Positions 25,573 to 35,359 of a DNA stretch of 55,828 nucleotides are shown piece after piece. The position numbers and the translations under genes are program-made. The notes below the pieces were generated by a model. It was not told the origin of the DNA. It did no database searches and worked only from the letters and a program-made list of their open reading frames with translations. Each line of letters begins with the position of its first letter. Within the stretch, counting starts at the first letter, position 1. This stretch comes from Candidatus Kaiserbacteria bacterium CG10_big_fil_rev_8_21_14_0_10_47_16 (GTDB taxonomy: Bacteria; Patescibacteriota; Minisyncoccia; Phycocordibacterales; UBA918): the NCBI GenBank assembly GCA_002773395.1, contig PFBI01000004.1:78615-134442 (forward strand), given 5' to 3'.

Positions 25573-27363
25573 CTATTCGTCAGAATCCTTCACCATTTTC
25601 ATAAAGACATCCTGCGGGATGTTTACTTTTCCGCGTTCGAGCATTCTCTTCTTCCCTTTCTTTTGCTTTTCTCGCAGTTTCATCTTTCGAGTAATATCTC
25701 CTCCGTAGAGCTTTGCGGTAACGTCCTTCTTCATCGCTGAAAGTGAGCGAGATGCAATGATACGTCCGAGTGCCTTTGTTTGAATCTTGGTCACAAACAT
25801 TTGCCGTGGAAGAATTTTATACAGACGCTCTACGACTGCCTTGGCGTCAGACTCAATACGACGAGCGCCAACAACACGTGAAAATGCAGGAACAAGTTCA
25901 TCAGCAATCAGTACGTCGAGTCGTGCAATATCAGCGGCACGCATTTCTGCAATTTCGTATGAGAGTGACGCGAAGCCACTGGTGGCGTTTTTTAGTTTAT
26001 CAAAGAAGCCGCGCATGAGTTCACGAAGTGGCATTTCGACAACCAAGAGATTGCGGCCATCACCAAATACTTCAGTATCAATCACCTGCGCTTCGTGGTC
26101 GTAGAGGAGTGTCATGGCGTTCCCCATATATTCTGGAGGAAGAATAATCTGTGCAAGAATCCATGGTTCACGCACGGTTACCTTCTTTCCATAATCAGGA
26201 AACCGTGAAGCGGCGTAGATTTCTTCAATTTTTCCATCTTCCCACGTTATTTCATATGAAATAGAAGGTGCCGTTACAATCAGTTCGAGATCAAACTCGC
26301 GCCGTAGTCGTTCGGTAATGATTTCGAGGTGAAGCATGCCGAGGAATCCACATCGAAAACCACGACCGAGAATACCAGATGATTCTTCCTCGTATGAAAG
26401 CGATGAGTCAGAGAGTTTGAGGCGATCGAGCGCTTGCTTGAGCATAGTGAAGTCGTCCTGACTCTCAGGAAAGACCGATGCCCATACCACGGGGTGCGAG
26501 TCACGGTATCCATCGAGCGGTTCCTTGGCGCCACGTTCGTGAGCGAGGGTGTCTCCGACGCGAGCGATGCCTGGTTCTTTAATACCGGTGACGATGTACC
26601 CGATTTCTCCTTCTCGAAGTTCAGGCACCGCTTGTTCTTCAGGTGAAAGTATTCCAATCTCAAGTGCGGTGAAGGATTTGTTTGCGACGAGAAATTTAAG
26701 TGTGTCTCCCTTCTTTACACTGCCTTCAAATACACGGAAGTAGACAGTGATGCCGCGGTGATTCGAGTAGTGGAAGTCAAAAATGAGTCCGCGAAATTCA
26801 GGTTTTTCAAACTGTGCTGGCGCGGGAATGCGCGCGCAGATTTCTTCAAGTAGTTCCGGCACTCCCTCTCCTGTTTTTCCAGAGACTGCGAGGATCTCTT
26901 CGGCATTGCATCCAAGTAAGGTTACGATTTCGCTGGTGACATCAGCGATGCGCGCGTGTGGAGCATCAATCTTAGTGAGGATTGGAATGATGGTGAGTTT
27001 TTGTTCGCGTGCCATTTGGAGTGTTGTGAGTGTCTGTGCCTGTACACCTTGTGTACTATCGACAAGGAGGAGAACCCCCTCAACAGCTTTGAGCGCACGT
27101 GATACTTCGTATGAAAAGTCGATGTGACCGGGCGTATCGATGAGGTTGAGTTCGTATTCTTCCGCGCCGCGCATATAGCGCATACGAACAGGCTGCATCT
27201 TGATAGTGATGCCGCGCTCGCGCTCAAGTTCCATTGAATCGAGCACCTGCGCCTTCATCTTTCGGGCTTCCACGGTACCGGTTACTTCGAGCATGCGGTC
27301 GGCAAGTGTCGATTTTCCGTGGTCGATGTGGGCGATAATAGAAAAATTACGAATTTGTTTCAT
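25573..27363 (-). CDS. lepA: Elongation factor 4 (LepA)
   Basis: 596-aa ORF with IRNFSIIAHIDHGKSTLADR, DTPGHIDF and a LepA C-terminal domain. Confidence 0.95.
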   Translation of the reverse strand: MKQIRNFSIIAHIDHGKSTLADRMLEVTGTVEARKMKAQVLDSMELERERGITIKMQPVRMRYMRGAEEYELNLIDTPGHIDFSYEVSRALKAVEGVLLLVDSTQGVQAQTLTTLQMAREQKLTIIPILTKIDAPHARIADVTSEIVTLLGCNAEEILAVSGKTGEGVPELLEEICARIPAPAQFEKPEFRGLIFDFHYSNHRGITVYFRVFEGSVKKGDTLKFLVANKSFTALEIGILSPEEQAVPELREGEIGYIVTGIKEPGIARVGDTLAHERGAKEPLDGYRDSHPVVWASVFPESQDDFTMLKQALDRLKLSDSSLSYEEESSGILGRGFRCGFLGMLHLEIITERLRREFDLELIVTAPSISYEITWEDGKIEEIYAASRFPDYGKKVTVREPWILAQIILPPEYMGNAMTLLYDHEAQVIDTEVFGDGRNLLVVEMPLRELMRGFFDKLKNATSGFASLSYEIAEMRAADIARLDVLIADELVPAFSRVVGARRIESDAKAVVERLYKILPRQMFVTKIQTKALGRIIASRSLSAMKKDVTAKLYGGDITRKMKLREKQKKGKKRMLERGKVNIPQDVFMKMVKDSDE

Positions 27364-27412
27364 GTGGGGGTTACTCTACAGTATGGCTCTAAAAAGTAAA
27401 CGGTTGCGGTCG

Positions 27413-29098
27413 CTATACCGACAATGAGTCTTCGTCTTGTACGGGTACGATGTCGGTCTTAAAGAGACGCTTCCGGAGAGCATTGTAAATCTCAACAACT
27501 TCAGGACTTCCGGTAAAGAAATAGGTGAGGCCTGCAGTGATGATACCAAGTACTCCCGCGAGCATACCTTGGAGGAAGATGGTGAGGAGGGTCTGTGTTT
27601 CAAGGACGCTTACAAAGAGATTAAGAATAGAGTACGCAACGGTACCTGAGAGAATCGCAGCAAGGAGCGCACGGAGGAAGTGCGCGGTAAGGTCTGAAAG
27701 TTTGAAGCCGAGTTTTCGTGCGGTAAGGACGAGGAGAACAATACTGTGCACAAGGAGCGCGACGGAATAGCCGAGTGCGAGCATGAGTACTTCAGTGCCC
27801 GGTACGCCCTGTACACGCATGATGGTTTCGATGAAGGTACGGAATCCTTCGTGGCTCACAAAGAATGCGTATGAGAAGAATGAACATGCCAATATACCAA
27901 ACGCTGAGACAAGTGTGATGTAGAACGGAATACGTGTGTTCTGAGCCGCGTAAAGCGCACGAACGAGGAGGAGGTTGATACCCTGCGCGAGAAGTGAGAA
28001 TGCAAAGAGTGCGAGTACCGCAGCAGTGAGACGGGTGTCATTCCAGTTGAAGGCACCGCTCCCGAGTACCACGCGCACAAACTGTGCGCGGATCACAATA
28101 ATGAGCGCAAGGAGCGGCAGTGACCAAAACATAATGTGTCGAAGTGCCGACGTAATGTGGAGCCGGAACTCGTTCATTTTTTGTTCTGCAAAGAGCTGGG
28201 CGAGCATTGGAAACGCCGCAACCGAGTAACTCACGCCGATAATTGCGAGCGGAACCGATTGTAGGTTAAAGGCAAACTGGAATACTGATACCGAACCAAT
28301 ACTCATTAAACTCGCAAAACTTACCAATCCAAGAAGTACTATTTGGTGAAGAGAGAGCGTGAGTGCTCGTGGAAGTGAGATGGTAAGCACGCCGCGAATT
28401 TCAGCGAAGCGCGGACGTACCCATGGCTTTGGCATGAGTTCGCTACTGACAACAAACGGCATTTGAATGGCGAGGTGAAGGAATGCGCCGATAATTACAC
28501 CGTACGCGAGACCCTCGAGGCCGAATATCGGATATAAAAAGAGTACACCACAAATAATACCCGCGTTATAAAGAAGCGGGCTTATTGCATAGAGTACGAA
28601 ACGGTGCCCGAGCTGTGTGATGACACCGAGGAGACTCGAGAGACCAAGAAGGAGCGGTTGGAGCAAGAGAATGCGAACGAGAAGTACAAGCTCGGAAGTA
28701 TGTTCAACAAAGCCGGGGAAAATAAGCGGTACGAGGTACGGCATGAAGATTCCAATACCGAGCGCGAGAATGATATAGATGATCAGGAAAAACGAAAAAA
28801 TCTGAGAGAGCAAGTTTTGCGCACGCTCACTATTTCTTCCGTCAATACGTTCAGCAACGAATGGAATGAGCACGTACACGGAGAGCGTTGACGCAAAGAG
28901 TACATAGAGTAAATCCGGAATACGGAATGCTGCGTAGTAGAGGTCGAGGGTTGTCCCTGCACCAAATTGGTGCGCGAGTAATCTGTCGCGCACCAATGCA
29001 AGAATTTGTGAACCAAAGGTAAATATTGCAAGTACGTACGCGGCCTGATGAAGACCTCGTACCTCCTTGTACATGACATTAAGTACTCTTCGAATCAT
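27413..29098 (-). CDS. murJ: Lipid II flippase MurJ
   Basis: 561-aa ORF with 14 or so TM helices. The N-terminus SQILALVRDRLLAHQFGAGTTLDLYYAAFRIPD is typical of MviN/MurJ. Confidence 0.85.
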   Translation of the reverse strand: MIRRVLNVMYKEVRGLHQAAYVLAIFTFGSQILALVRDRLLAHQFGAGTTLDLYYAAFRIPDLLYVLFASTLSVYVLIPFVAERIDGRNSERAQNLLSQIFSFFLIIYIILALGIGIFMPYLVPLIFPGFVEHTSELVLLVRILLLQPLLLGLSSLLGVITQLGHRFVLYAISPLLYNAGIICGVLFLYPIFGLEGLAYGVIIGAFLHLAIQMPFVVSSELMPKPWVRPRFAEIRGVLTISLPRALTLSLHQIVLLGLVSFASLMSIGSVSVFQFAFNLQSVPLAIIGVSYSVAAFPMLAQLFAEQKMNEFRLHITSALRHIMFWSLPLLALIIVIRAQFVRVVLGSGAFNWNDTRLTAAVLALFAFSLLAQGINLLLVRALYAAQNTRIPFYITLVSAFGILACSFFSYAFFVSHEGFRTFIETIMRVQGVPGTEVLMLALGYSVALLVHSIVLLVLTARKLGFKLSDLTAHFLRALLAAILSGTVAYSILNLFVSVLETQTLLTIFLQGMLAGVLGIITAGLTYFFTGSPEVVEIYNALRKRLFKTDIVPVQDEDSLSV

Positions 29099-29114
29099 TA
29101 TGCTACTACTCTAA

Positions 29115-31598
29115 CTATTGACCAGTTTTTTCGGTAGATGAACCGCCGACGCCGTTTACTGGAGTAAGAAGCGGACTGTCTGGATCTTCTGTGGTGGTAA
29201 CGTCGTCGTCATTCTTCCCTACCACGTCTGCTTCTGAAACAGTTCCGCCACTACCAGCATCAATTCCTGAGATCTTTCCGTTGGCATCAATCTCTTCAAG
29301 GAGACTAAGGATGAGTGTGTTACCTGGATTGAGTTCGAGTACTTTTTCAAGCTGTGTTCGGGCATCTGCTATCCGTCCAAGTTGGTTGTACGCGAGCGCG
29401 AGGTAGTATCGAGCGTTCGCATAACTTGGATCAAGTTGCACCGCGCCTTCGAATGCTGACGCAGCAGGCTGGTACTGGCGCTGTGCCATTTGAAGTACGC
29501 CGAGTTGGTAGTATCGAGCTGGGTTTTGTGGTTCGAGCGCTACGATCGACTGTACGATCTGTGTTGCGCGTGTCGCGTCTCCTGCTGCAATATCAAGCTG
29601 TGCAAGGAAGAAGAGCGCATCGGTGTAGTTTGATTTGAGAGAGACTGCCTTTTCTGCGAGCGAGCGAGCGGTGTCGGTATCTCCTTGTGTGCTTGCAAGC
29701 TGCGCTTCCTCAAGAACACGAAGTGGATTTTGTGGATCGAGTGCACGCGCTTTTTCAAACGCTTCTTTCGCAAGACTTCCTGCACCTTCAACACCTGCTG
29801 CGGTAAGGAGGTAATACACGCGACCAAGTACTGACCAGTTTTCTGGATCAGTAGAATCGTCTTGCGTTGCAAGACGAGCTGCCTGTACACCATTTGTCAT
29901 TGCTGCTTGGAATTGTTGTTGTTCTGTTGCAGATGGGTCTTGCACTGCAAGAAGGTTGCTCATGCGGGCAATCTGAATTTCAGCAACACGGCGAGCGAAG
30001 ATATCATTCTTTGCAAGTGAGTATGCTTTCGCTGCCTCTTGCTCAACGGTATTGATGTCGCCGCCTTCTGCAGCGATAACACTACTGTTGGTGAAGTGAT
30101 AGAGTGCCGCAAAATAACGTCCTGCACCGTACATACTAGAAACTGATCCTACAATCACCGCAATAACGAGAAGTGTAAGGATGAATCCGGTACGTCGTCC
30201 AATAGCGAGAGTGATTGTGCGTGGCTTTCGTGTATCGAGTGTGCGCTGTGCTACGAGCGTGATACCTGTACAGAGGGCTGCAATAATGAGCAAAGTGATT
30301 CCCGGTACGTAGAAAATAGACATTCCCCAGATAAACGCAGCGCCAACAAATGACGATGTTGCGACGAAATACCAGAGACGATCCTGATTTTCTGTACGAA
30401 GCAGGGTTCGAATACTGCTGATAAAGAAGAGGGCGAGAAATACAATCCAGAGTATACCGCCGATAACACCGGTGGTGACAAAGAATGTTGGAATGTAGCC
30501 ACTTCCCGCTTGGAAGTCAGTGTTCCAGAAAAGAGTTGTATTAATTGAAGGGTCTTTGTGGAGACGCCATGCATCTGCGAAGTGGTTTGCACCATTTCCG
30601 AAGAATGCTTGATCGCGGTATACCGAACGAACGATATCCATCGTTGCGGTTGTTGATGGGCGAACTTCAATGTATGAGACGTTGATGTGTGTGCTGAGGA
30701 ATCCGCTAATAGCAGATCCACTGAGCATAAAGAGGACAGAGATAGCAAATACAGGAAGTGTAATGAAGAGTGATCGTCCTTTCGGTCCTTCAACGCGAAG
30801 TGATCCGAGTGGTGAGGTCTCTCCTTGTGTGAATCGGTCCTTTCCAAGTGTGTAGACGATCATCACGAGACTCACGAGTCCGAGTACGATCCATACAAAT
30901 GAGAAGTTGATGATAGAGAGCATGAGGACTGCAGAGGCAACCACAACACCGAGAACGATGTGACCAATACGAGTGAGTGGAAGTTGCTCGAGGGTCACGA
31001 GTGCGATAAGTACGGTAACAGCGAGGAAGAGGGCGAGGTCATTCCAGCCGCCAATTGGCGTACTAACGGTGTTTGTGAAGATACCAAATGAAAGGAAATC
31101 AACACCAAAGATGATACGGAGTACATGGTAGAGCACCAAAATAACGGTACTTATCATGAAGAATGTATAGAGTCGTACCACTGTTTCTTTGGTAATATCG
31201 AAGAACATCCACGCAGTCATGGTTGCAGCGAGAATTGCCATGAAGATGACGGTATGGATTCCCATAACGTTACCAATCAGTGCGTCACGAATATCTCCTG
31301 AAAGAAATCCTGAAATTGCTGACGCAACAACAAGAAGCCAAAAGACGATCAAGACGTATGGTGTTGGCCACGAGATTGTCCCTGACCGAAGTACTGAAAA
31401 ACTGTAGAAAATAGCAGCGAGTGCCAATCCACAGATAACGATAAAGATTTTGGTGTACTCAAGCGGTGCGCTTGCGAGCGGAATGAAGAGTATTGGTAGA
31501 AAACCAAAAACAACTGCTAATATTCCTTGCGAAATTCTGTTAAAAACGTGAGCGAGTCTGTCCGACGAATTACGAACAACTGATGTTTGTTCCTCCAT
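29115..31598 (-). CDS. Polytopic membrane protein with a Wzy/O-antigen-ligase-like block and C-terminal TPR repeats
   Basis: The track ORF begins at TTG 31613; the first ATG (MEEQTS) is at 31598. It has at least 12 hydrophobic helices followed by about 300 aa of TPR-like repeats (A..Y..LG/A..A...). Confidence 0.7.
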   Translation of the reverse strand: MEEQTSVVRNSSDRLAHVFNRISQGILAVVFGFLPILFIPLASAPLEYTKIFIVICGLALAAIFYSFSVLRSGTISWPTPYVLIVFWLLVVASAISGFLSGDIRDALIGNVMGIHTVIFMAILAATMTAWMFFDITKETVVRLYTFFMISTVILVLYHVLRIIFGVDFLSFGIFTNTVSTPIGGWNDLALFLAVTVLIALVTLEQLPLTRIGHIVLGVVVASAVLMLSIINFSFVWIVLGLVSLVMIVYTLGKDRFTQGETSPLGSLRVEGPKGRSLFITLPVFAISVLFMLSGSAISGFLSTHINVSYIEVRPSTTATMDIVRSVYRDQAFFGNGANHFADAWRLHKDPSINTTLFWNTDFQAGSGYIPTFFVTTGVIGGILWIVFLALFFISSIRTLLRTENQDRLWYFVATSSFVGAAFIWGMSIFYVPGITLLIIAALCTGITLVAQRTLDTRKPRTITLAIGRRTGFILTLLVIAVIVGSVSSMYGAGRYFAALYHFTNSSVIAAEGGDINTVEQEAAKAYSLAKNDIFARRVAEIQIARMSNLLAVQDPSATEQQQFQAAMTNGVQAARLATQDDSTDPENWSVLGRVYYLLTAAGVEGAGSLAKEAFEKARALDPQNPLRVLEEAQLASTQGDTDTARSLAEKAVSLKSNYTDALFFLAQLDIAAGDATRATQIVQSIVALEPQNPARYYQLGVLQMAQRQYQPAASAFEGAVQLDPSYANARYYLALAYNQLGRIADARTQLEKVLELNPGNTLILSLLEEIDANGKISGIDAGSGGTVSEADVVGKNDDDVTTTEDPDSPLLTPVNGVGGSSTEKTGQ

Positions 31599-31723
31599 AA
31601 TATTACTTCCCAAATAATTACTAATTTGTCCTTATAGCATACCACGGTCATATCCGTAGCTTCGGTTTTTAGTGTGTTGATATACAGAAAAAGGCACCCT
31701 TTCGGGCACCTTTTTCATGTATA

Positions 31724-32058
31724 TTTGTCTATAAGCCGGATTCTGTTCTCACGTGAGTGAGTGATAGTCATTTACCTAGGTGTACTGTTGCCAGTACACT
31801 CGAGCGGCTCAAACCTACGCGAACGTAGGAGTACGGCCTTGCATGCAGGTAAGGATTTAGCCGTTTCACCTCTCATGTTGCCATGAGAGCTATTCCACAA
31901 TTGCGGAATCCCGTTTCTTTCGATCGGGGCGTCTCTGCTCGCACCTCTACCGCTCTCGCGGTCGACGGGTGTTACCCGCTACCCTCCTCCACGGTAAACC
32001 GTGGGCATGTCCGGACTTTCCTCTAACTACCGAAGTAGTTAGCGACTATCAGACATCG
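31724..32058 (-). ncRNA. rnpB: RNase P RNA (bacterial type)
   Basis: The minus strand carries the universal P4 strands GAGGAAAGTCCGGAC (complement of 32006-32020) and ACAGAATCCGGCTTAT (complement of 31731-31746). P3 is a hairpin TAACTAC-TTCG-GTAGTTA. P1 is TGTCT/AGACA and P2 is ATAGTC/GACTAT. A TATAAT lies about 10 nt upstream. The ends are approximate. Confidence 0.9.
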
Positions 32059-32089
32059 GTATTATACAATAAAAAGTTATTGAGAGCAA

Positions 32090-32563
32090 TTACCTCGAAA
32101 TGTGTGGAATAGTGATGTCTGTAGCCGTTGCAATATTAAATCTTGCCGCATCACCTGCTGGTACCTCAAGCACATAGAGTGCGGGAGATGCGGGTTTGTA
32201 TACGTGAGGGTAACTTTCGGGTGTTACATTGTCTGCGATATATACCACGCTTCCCTCCCCTGTAATCCAAATAATATCAATTGCAAACTGCATGTCCTCC
32301 ATCCAAAATCCGTAGTAGTTCTCTTTTGGAAATACAAAGAGCATACCGTCTGCGTCACCGATGCTGGTACGCCCCCCGAGACCTTTTTGTAAGTCTGAGG
32401 CACTCGTGACTACTTCAACTGACAGTGACGCGTCTCCTACCTGAAGCGTAAGAAACGGTGAGTTTTCAGATTGGGGTGCTTCTGCAGCACGACCGATGAA
32501 GAGTATCGCGAGAAGAACGATGAGAATGATGCCAGAGAGTATAAGAAGTCCCGTTCGTTTCAT
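32090..32563 (-). CDS. DUF192 family protein (secreted or membrane-anchored)
   Basis: 157-aa ORF with an N-terminal TM helix and GLGGRTSIGDADGMLFVF...FWMEDMQFAIDIIWI, which is typical of DUF192/COG1430. Confidence 0.75.
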   Translation of the reverse strand: MKRTGLLILSGIILIVLLAILFIGRAAEAPQSENSPFLTLQVGDASLSVEVVTSASDLQKGLGGRTSIGDADGMLFVFPKENYYGFWMEDMQFAIDIIWITGEGSVVYIADNVTPESYPHVYKPASPALYVLEVPAGDAARFNIATATDITIPHISR

Positions 32564-32566
32564 GAA

Positions 32567-33073
32567 TTATAATTTTTGCGCAAAGGTACCAAAGTATCCT
32601 TCGAGGAGTGTAAAGAGTTCATTACGTGCGAGGTTCTGTTTGCAACTGTTGAATCGGTACATCGTTTCACCAATACGAATTTCATATTGATATGCAATTC
32701 CATCGCTGTCCGCGGTGCAGGTTTCTGCACTTGTTGAATTGGTCACTGCGCTGAAGTCTTCTTTCTTGAGAATACTCTTGAGCTTAGCAAAGTCAGTTGC
32801 AGAGATTGTCCCCTCTCCACGTTCGTCGGTACTTCCGCGGTGTGAACGGATAACGGTGTATGTGCCATCGTCAGCGATGTGATACGAGATACAGCCGAGT
32901 TTCAAACATCCGCCGTATGAGTCGGCAATAATTTCAAAGCCGCGTGCAACGTTATTGCCGCCAAAATTAAGGATAGACGGGGTGCTGTCTTGTGTCGTAA
33001 AGTACACAAACACTCCAGACATAACTCCCATACTGAAAGTTGCAACGAGGAGAAGAAAGAAGTGTTTAAGCAT
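32567..33073 (-). CDS. Hypothetical membrane-anchored protein
   Basis: 168-aa ORF with an N-terminal TM helix and four Cys residues. No family was recognised. Confidence 0.55.
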   Translation of the reverse strand: MLKHFFLLLVATFSMGVMSGVFVYFTTQDSTPSILNFGGNNVARGFEIIADSYGGCLKLGCISYHIADDGTYTVIRSHRGSTDERGEGTISATDFAKLKSILKKEDFSAVTNSTSAETCTADSDGIAYQYEIRIGETMYRFNSCKQNLARNELFTLLEGYFGTFAQKL

Positions 33074-33076
33074 AAT

Positions 33077-33499
33077 TTATTTCAGAGTCATGAAGAGTGC
33101 GCCTGCGGTAATAAGTGTAACGCCGATGCCGGTTTTCCACGTGAGTGACTCACCGAGGAAGAGTGCAGCAAGGAGAACCACAAAAACCACACTGAGTCGA
33201 TCGAGTGAGGCAACTGCTCCTGCAGGTCCACTACGGAGTGCGACAAAGTAGAAGAGCCATGACAGTGCTCCTGCAATACCTGAGAGCACAATAAACATGA
33301 ACGTTTTATTGTCGATTGTACTGAGGAGCTTCGCCTTCCCGAGCATGAGTGACACACTGACCAAGAAAAACGCCATCACAATTGCGCGGACGGTTGTTGC
33401 CAGTGTTGAGTCGATATTTTGGATACCAATTTTTCCGAAAATGGCCACAAGTGCAGCAAACGCTGCAGAGAGGAGTGCATATATAATCCAAAGTTCCAT
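33077..33499 (-). CDS. Small EamA/DMT-family membrane protein (140 aa)
   Basis: I place the start at MELWIIYALLSAAFAAL (ATG 33499). The 53-codon upstream extension in the track ORF is not hydrophobic and looks non-coding. There are 4-5 TM helices. Confidence 0.65.
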   Translation of the reverse strand: MELWIIYALLSAAFAALVAIFGKIGIQNIDSTLATTVRAIVMAFFLVSVSLMLGKAKLLSTIDNKTFMFIVLSGIAGALSWLFYFVALRSGPAGAVASLDRLSVVFVVLLAALFLGESLTWKTGIGVTLITAGALFMTLK

Positions 33500-33923
33500 T
33501 GAGATAAGTATAGCGTAATTATGAAATTGATATGAGGTCTCCTGTTTATGACGTTGTTTGACAAAAGTGGCCTGTTGGGAGAGTATTTTGATTGGGTCCA
33601 CACAAGTAAATGAGGGGAATTGCGATGTTGACGGGTATCTATGCCCTGTTACGGGCAACGGAAGACACTCAGGACGCAGAAGTACGAGCGAGGGAAATCT
33701 TTTTCATTTTTTTTCAAGATCGGAGATGTGACTGCCGGAGGCAGTACATCAACTCGCGGATCTGCGATACAAGCCCCGGTGGGCTTGCTCGGTTCTTGAG
33801 AGAAATTTCAGTTTCTCTCACATGGCGTCAAAGAGAATTGCTCAATACCGCCTGTTGGTTTATTGCAGGAGCGTTGTATGAAAAGAAAGCTCATGCGAAA
33901 TTGCTTGAGTCGAAGTAGTGACG

Positions 33924-33965
33924 AAAAAGGCCGACCCTTCTCAGGGTCGGCCTCGTTATTTATTA
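33924..33965. terminator. Bidirectional terminator (A5-GGCCGACCC-TTCTCA-GGGTCGGCC-T-rich)
   Basis: 9-bp GC stem checked by hand, with an A run upstream and a T-rich tail downstream. Confidence 0.7.
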
Positions 33966-33991
33966 TTTTCGATATGTGGCGGAATAACGAA

Positions 33992-34024
33992 AGGGCCTTG
34001 CAGGTATAGAATCTGCAAGGCCCT
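33992..34024 (-). terminator. Terminator-like hairpin downstream of the 90-aa ORF (AGGGCCTTGCAG / CTGCAAGGCCCT)
   Basis: 12-bp perfect stem, 8 nt after the stop at 34032. Confidence 0.6.
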
Positions 34025-34031
34025 GTCTTCG

Positions 34032-34304
34032 TTAATGAACGGGATAGATATGGCCGACAATCTTGAAACGCGGGAATTCCCCTCGTTGTATCATATGCCA
34101 CAGCGCTCCGAGGGCGCTTCTCGGTACGACGACGTCATTACCGTTGTCGCCTACCTCGAAGGGCATATCCGCCAACTCAGGGTTTGCATCGAGTGCTCGT
34201 ATAGCCTTCAGGATTCTCGATACAATCGGGAATTGTATAACCAAGAGCGGTGTGTGGTTTTTATGATAACCACGCACTGAATCGTGTTCCCATTTTATAC
34301 TCAT
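34032..34304 (-). CDS. Hypothetical protein, 90 aa
   Basis: ORF divergent from the wHTH regulator gene and followed by its own hairpin. No family was recognised. Confidence 0.5.
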   Translation of the reverse strand: MSIKWEHDSVRGYHKNHTPLLVIQFPIVSRILKAIRALDANPELADMPFEVGDNGNDVVVPRSALGALWHMIQRGEFPRFKIVGHIYPVH

Positions 34305-34393
34305 GACACATCTCCCTCACGTGTATGACAAACCCATTTTTACTATACGCCTCTCAACTTTTTATAAAAGAAGGAATTGGTACTAACTTTGGA

Positions 34394-34431
34394 GAGCACT
34401 ATACATTTTTTATATATATTGTATAGTGCTC
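34394..34431. promoter_or_regulatory. Operator-like inverted repeat GAGCACTATACA-N14-TGTATAGTGCTC in the divergent promoter region
   Basis: 12-bp perfect arms at 34394-34405 and 34420-34431 flank the A/T spacer TTTTTTATATATAT. A second 8-bp inverted repeat, CTACCAAG/CTTGGTAG, lies at 34436-34456. Confidence 0.65.
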
Positions 34432-34477
34432 AGAACTACCAAGAGTGGCTTGGTAGCTGTACTCAAAGGAGACCTTG

Positions 34478-34810
34478 ATGAATAAGGAAGTCGCGGTCGT
34501 CCGCGGACCCCCATCGTTGTCACTTGAAGGAGTGCGACGAGTCATTGCCGCATGTCCTGAAGAGATTGGGACGCTTACGCTTCGGCAGCTTGAAATCATT
34601 TTATTTCTAAAGTTGCAGAACACATGTGAGGAGAATCGGACAGTCCGCGCGATTGCCGCTGCTCTCAACATGACGAAGTCGGTCGTCTCCCGTGCCCTCG
34701 ACACGCTTGAAGATTGCAAGTTTGTTAGGCGGCGGAAAGACCTGAACGACGGCCGCTCGGTCTTCGTCGATGTTCTTCCGCGCGGGGAAGCGTTCCTTGC
34801 CGAAATTTGA
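34478..34810 (+). CDS. Winged-helix (MarR-like) transcriptional regulator
   Basis: 110-aa ORF from the ATG at 34478, preceded by AAGGAG 7 nt upstream. It contains TVRAIAAALNMTKSVVSRALDTLEDCKFVRRRKDLNDGRSVFV (HTH plus wing). Confidence 0.65.
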   Translation: MNKEVAVVRGPPSLSLEGVRRVIAACPEEIGTLTLRQLEIILFLKLQNTCEENRTVRAIAAALNMTKSVVSRALDTLEDCKFVRRRKDLNDGRSVFVDVLPRGEAFLAEI

Positions 34811-34847
34811 AGAAGTTCTTTTCATACCACGCAGCTCGACTACGGTA

Positions 34848-34885
34848 AGGCCTCCCACTGTTACGGGAGGCCTTTACTCTTTTTA
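34848..34885 (+). terminator. Rho-independent terminator (AGGCCTCCC-ACTGTTAC-GGGAGGCCT-TTACTCTTTTT)
   Basis: 9-bp stem checked by hand. It is nearly identical in design to the terminator at 36185-36222. Confidence 0.75.
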
Positions 34886-34897
34886 TAAAACTTTTGT

Positions 34898-35067
34898 GGT
34901 CACGAGTTGCCAGTTCGTTCGTGGGGTCAAGTTCGTAATTCACTACGTTCATAACGACTCCCTCCCCGAGCTCACCTGTTTTCGCATTAGATATAGCGAA
35001 AACATGGCTCCGCTTTCCACACACTAAAAAACTCCCGCAGGGGAGTTTTTCTTAACGTGTGTGGACC
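34898..35067. repeat. Copy C of the dispersed non-coding element, ending against a tRNA-3'-end-like sequence
   Basis: GGTCACGAGTTGC, TTCACTACGTTCATAACG, GCGAAAACATGGCTCCGC and the hairpin A6-CTCCC-GCAG-GGGAG-T5 (35026-35053) are followed by CTTAACGTGTGTGGACC. Confidence 0.75.
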
Positions 35068-35359
35068 GAAGCGGGGCAGACCTCGAACTTTGGAAGTTGT
35101 CAAGCACCTGCAAAACGCTGTCATCAAGACAGCACTCGATACATCATATAAACCACCATTAAAAAACAGAGACACGTAATATTGCCGGTGTGACAATACC
35201 TTCTCTCGATTGACTATTATTCATATGATCGTACTATCTCACCTAGATAGTCCCCTTCTTAGTCAGTCACAGCCACGAGATGCCGATCCTTTCGGCAGCC
35301 GGTGGCTGTGACTGCTGGGAATGGCCCGAGCAGCCGGCACAATAGAAAGGTGTGTCGCC

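Noticed and set aside
31687-31716. Apparent terminator AAAAAGGCACCCTTTCGGGCACCTTTTT downstream of rnpB
   Set aside because: On checking the pairing, GGCACC occurs twice as a direct repeat, not an inverted one. Only a 3-bp CCC/GGG stem plus a 2x2 mismatch and A/T pairs can form. It is at best a weak terminator, so it is not listed as a feature.
33500-33658. N-terminal 53 codons of track ORF 33077..33658
   Set aside because: This part is not hydrophobic and is unlike the rest of the EamA-type protein. The internal start MELWIIY gives the canonical ~140-aa size.
33610-33918. 102-aa plus-strand ORF (MRGIAMLTG...)
   Set aside because: The composition is Arg/Cys-rich, and the ORF contains a T9 run and an internal hairpin. 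It is bounded by a possible promoter and a terminator, so the region may be transcribed. I could not support it as a protein gene and report it only inside a finding.
35061-35135. Possible tRNA or tmRNA 3' end (TGGACCGAAGCGGGGCAGACCTCGAAC on the plus strand)
   Set aside because: I tried to fold the minus-strand sequence. No 5-bp stem flanks the TTCGAGG loop, and the spacing to the putative acceptor end is wrong. I treat it as a degenerate tRNA-like or att remnant, not a gene.
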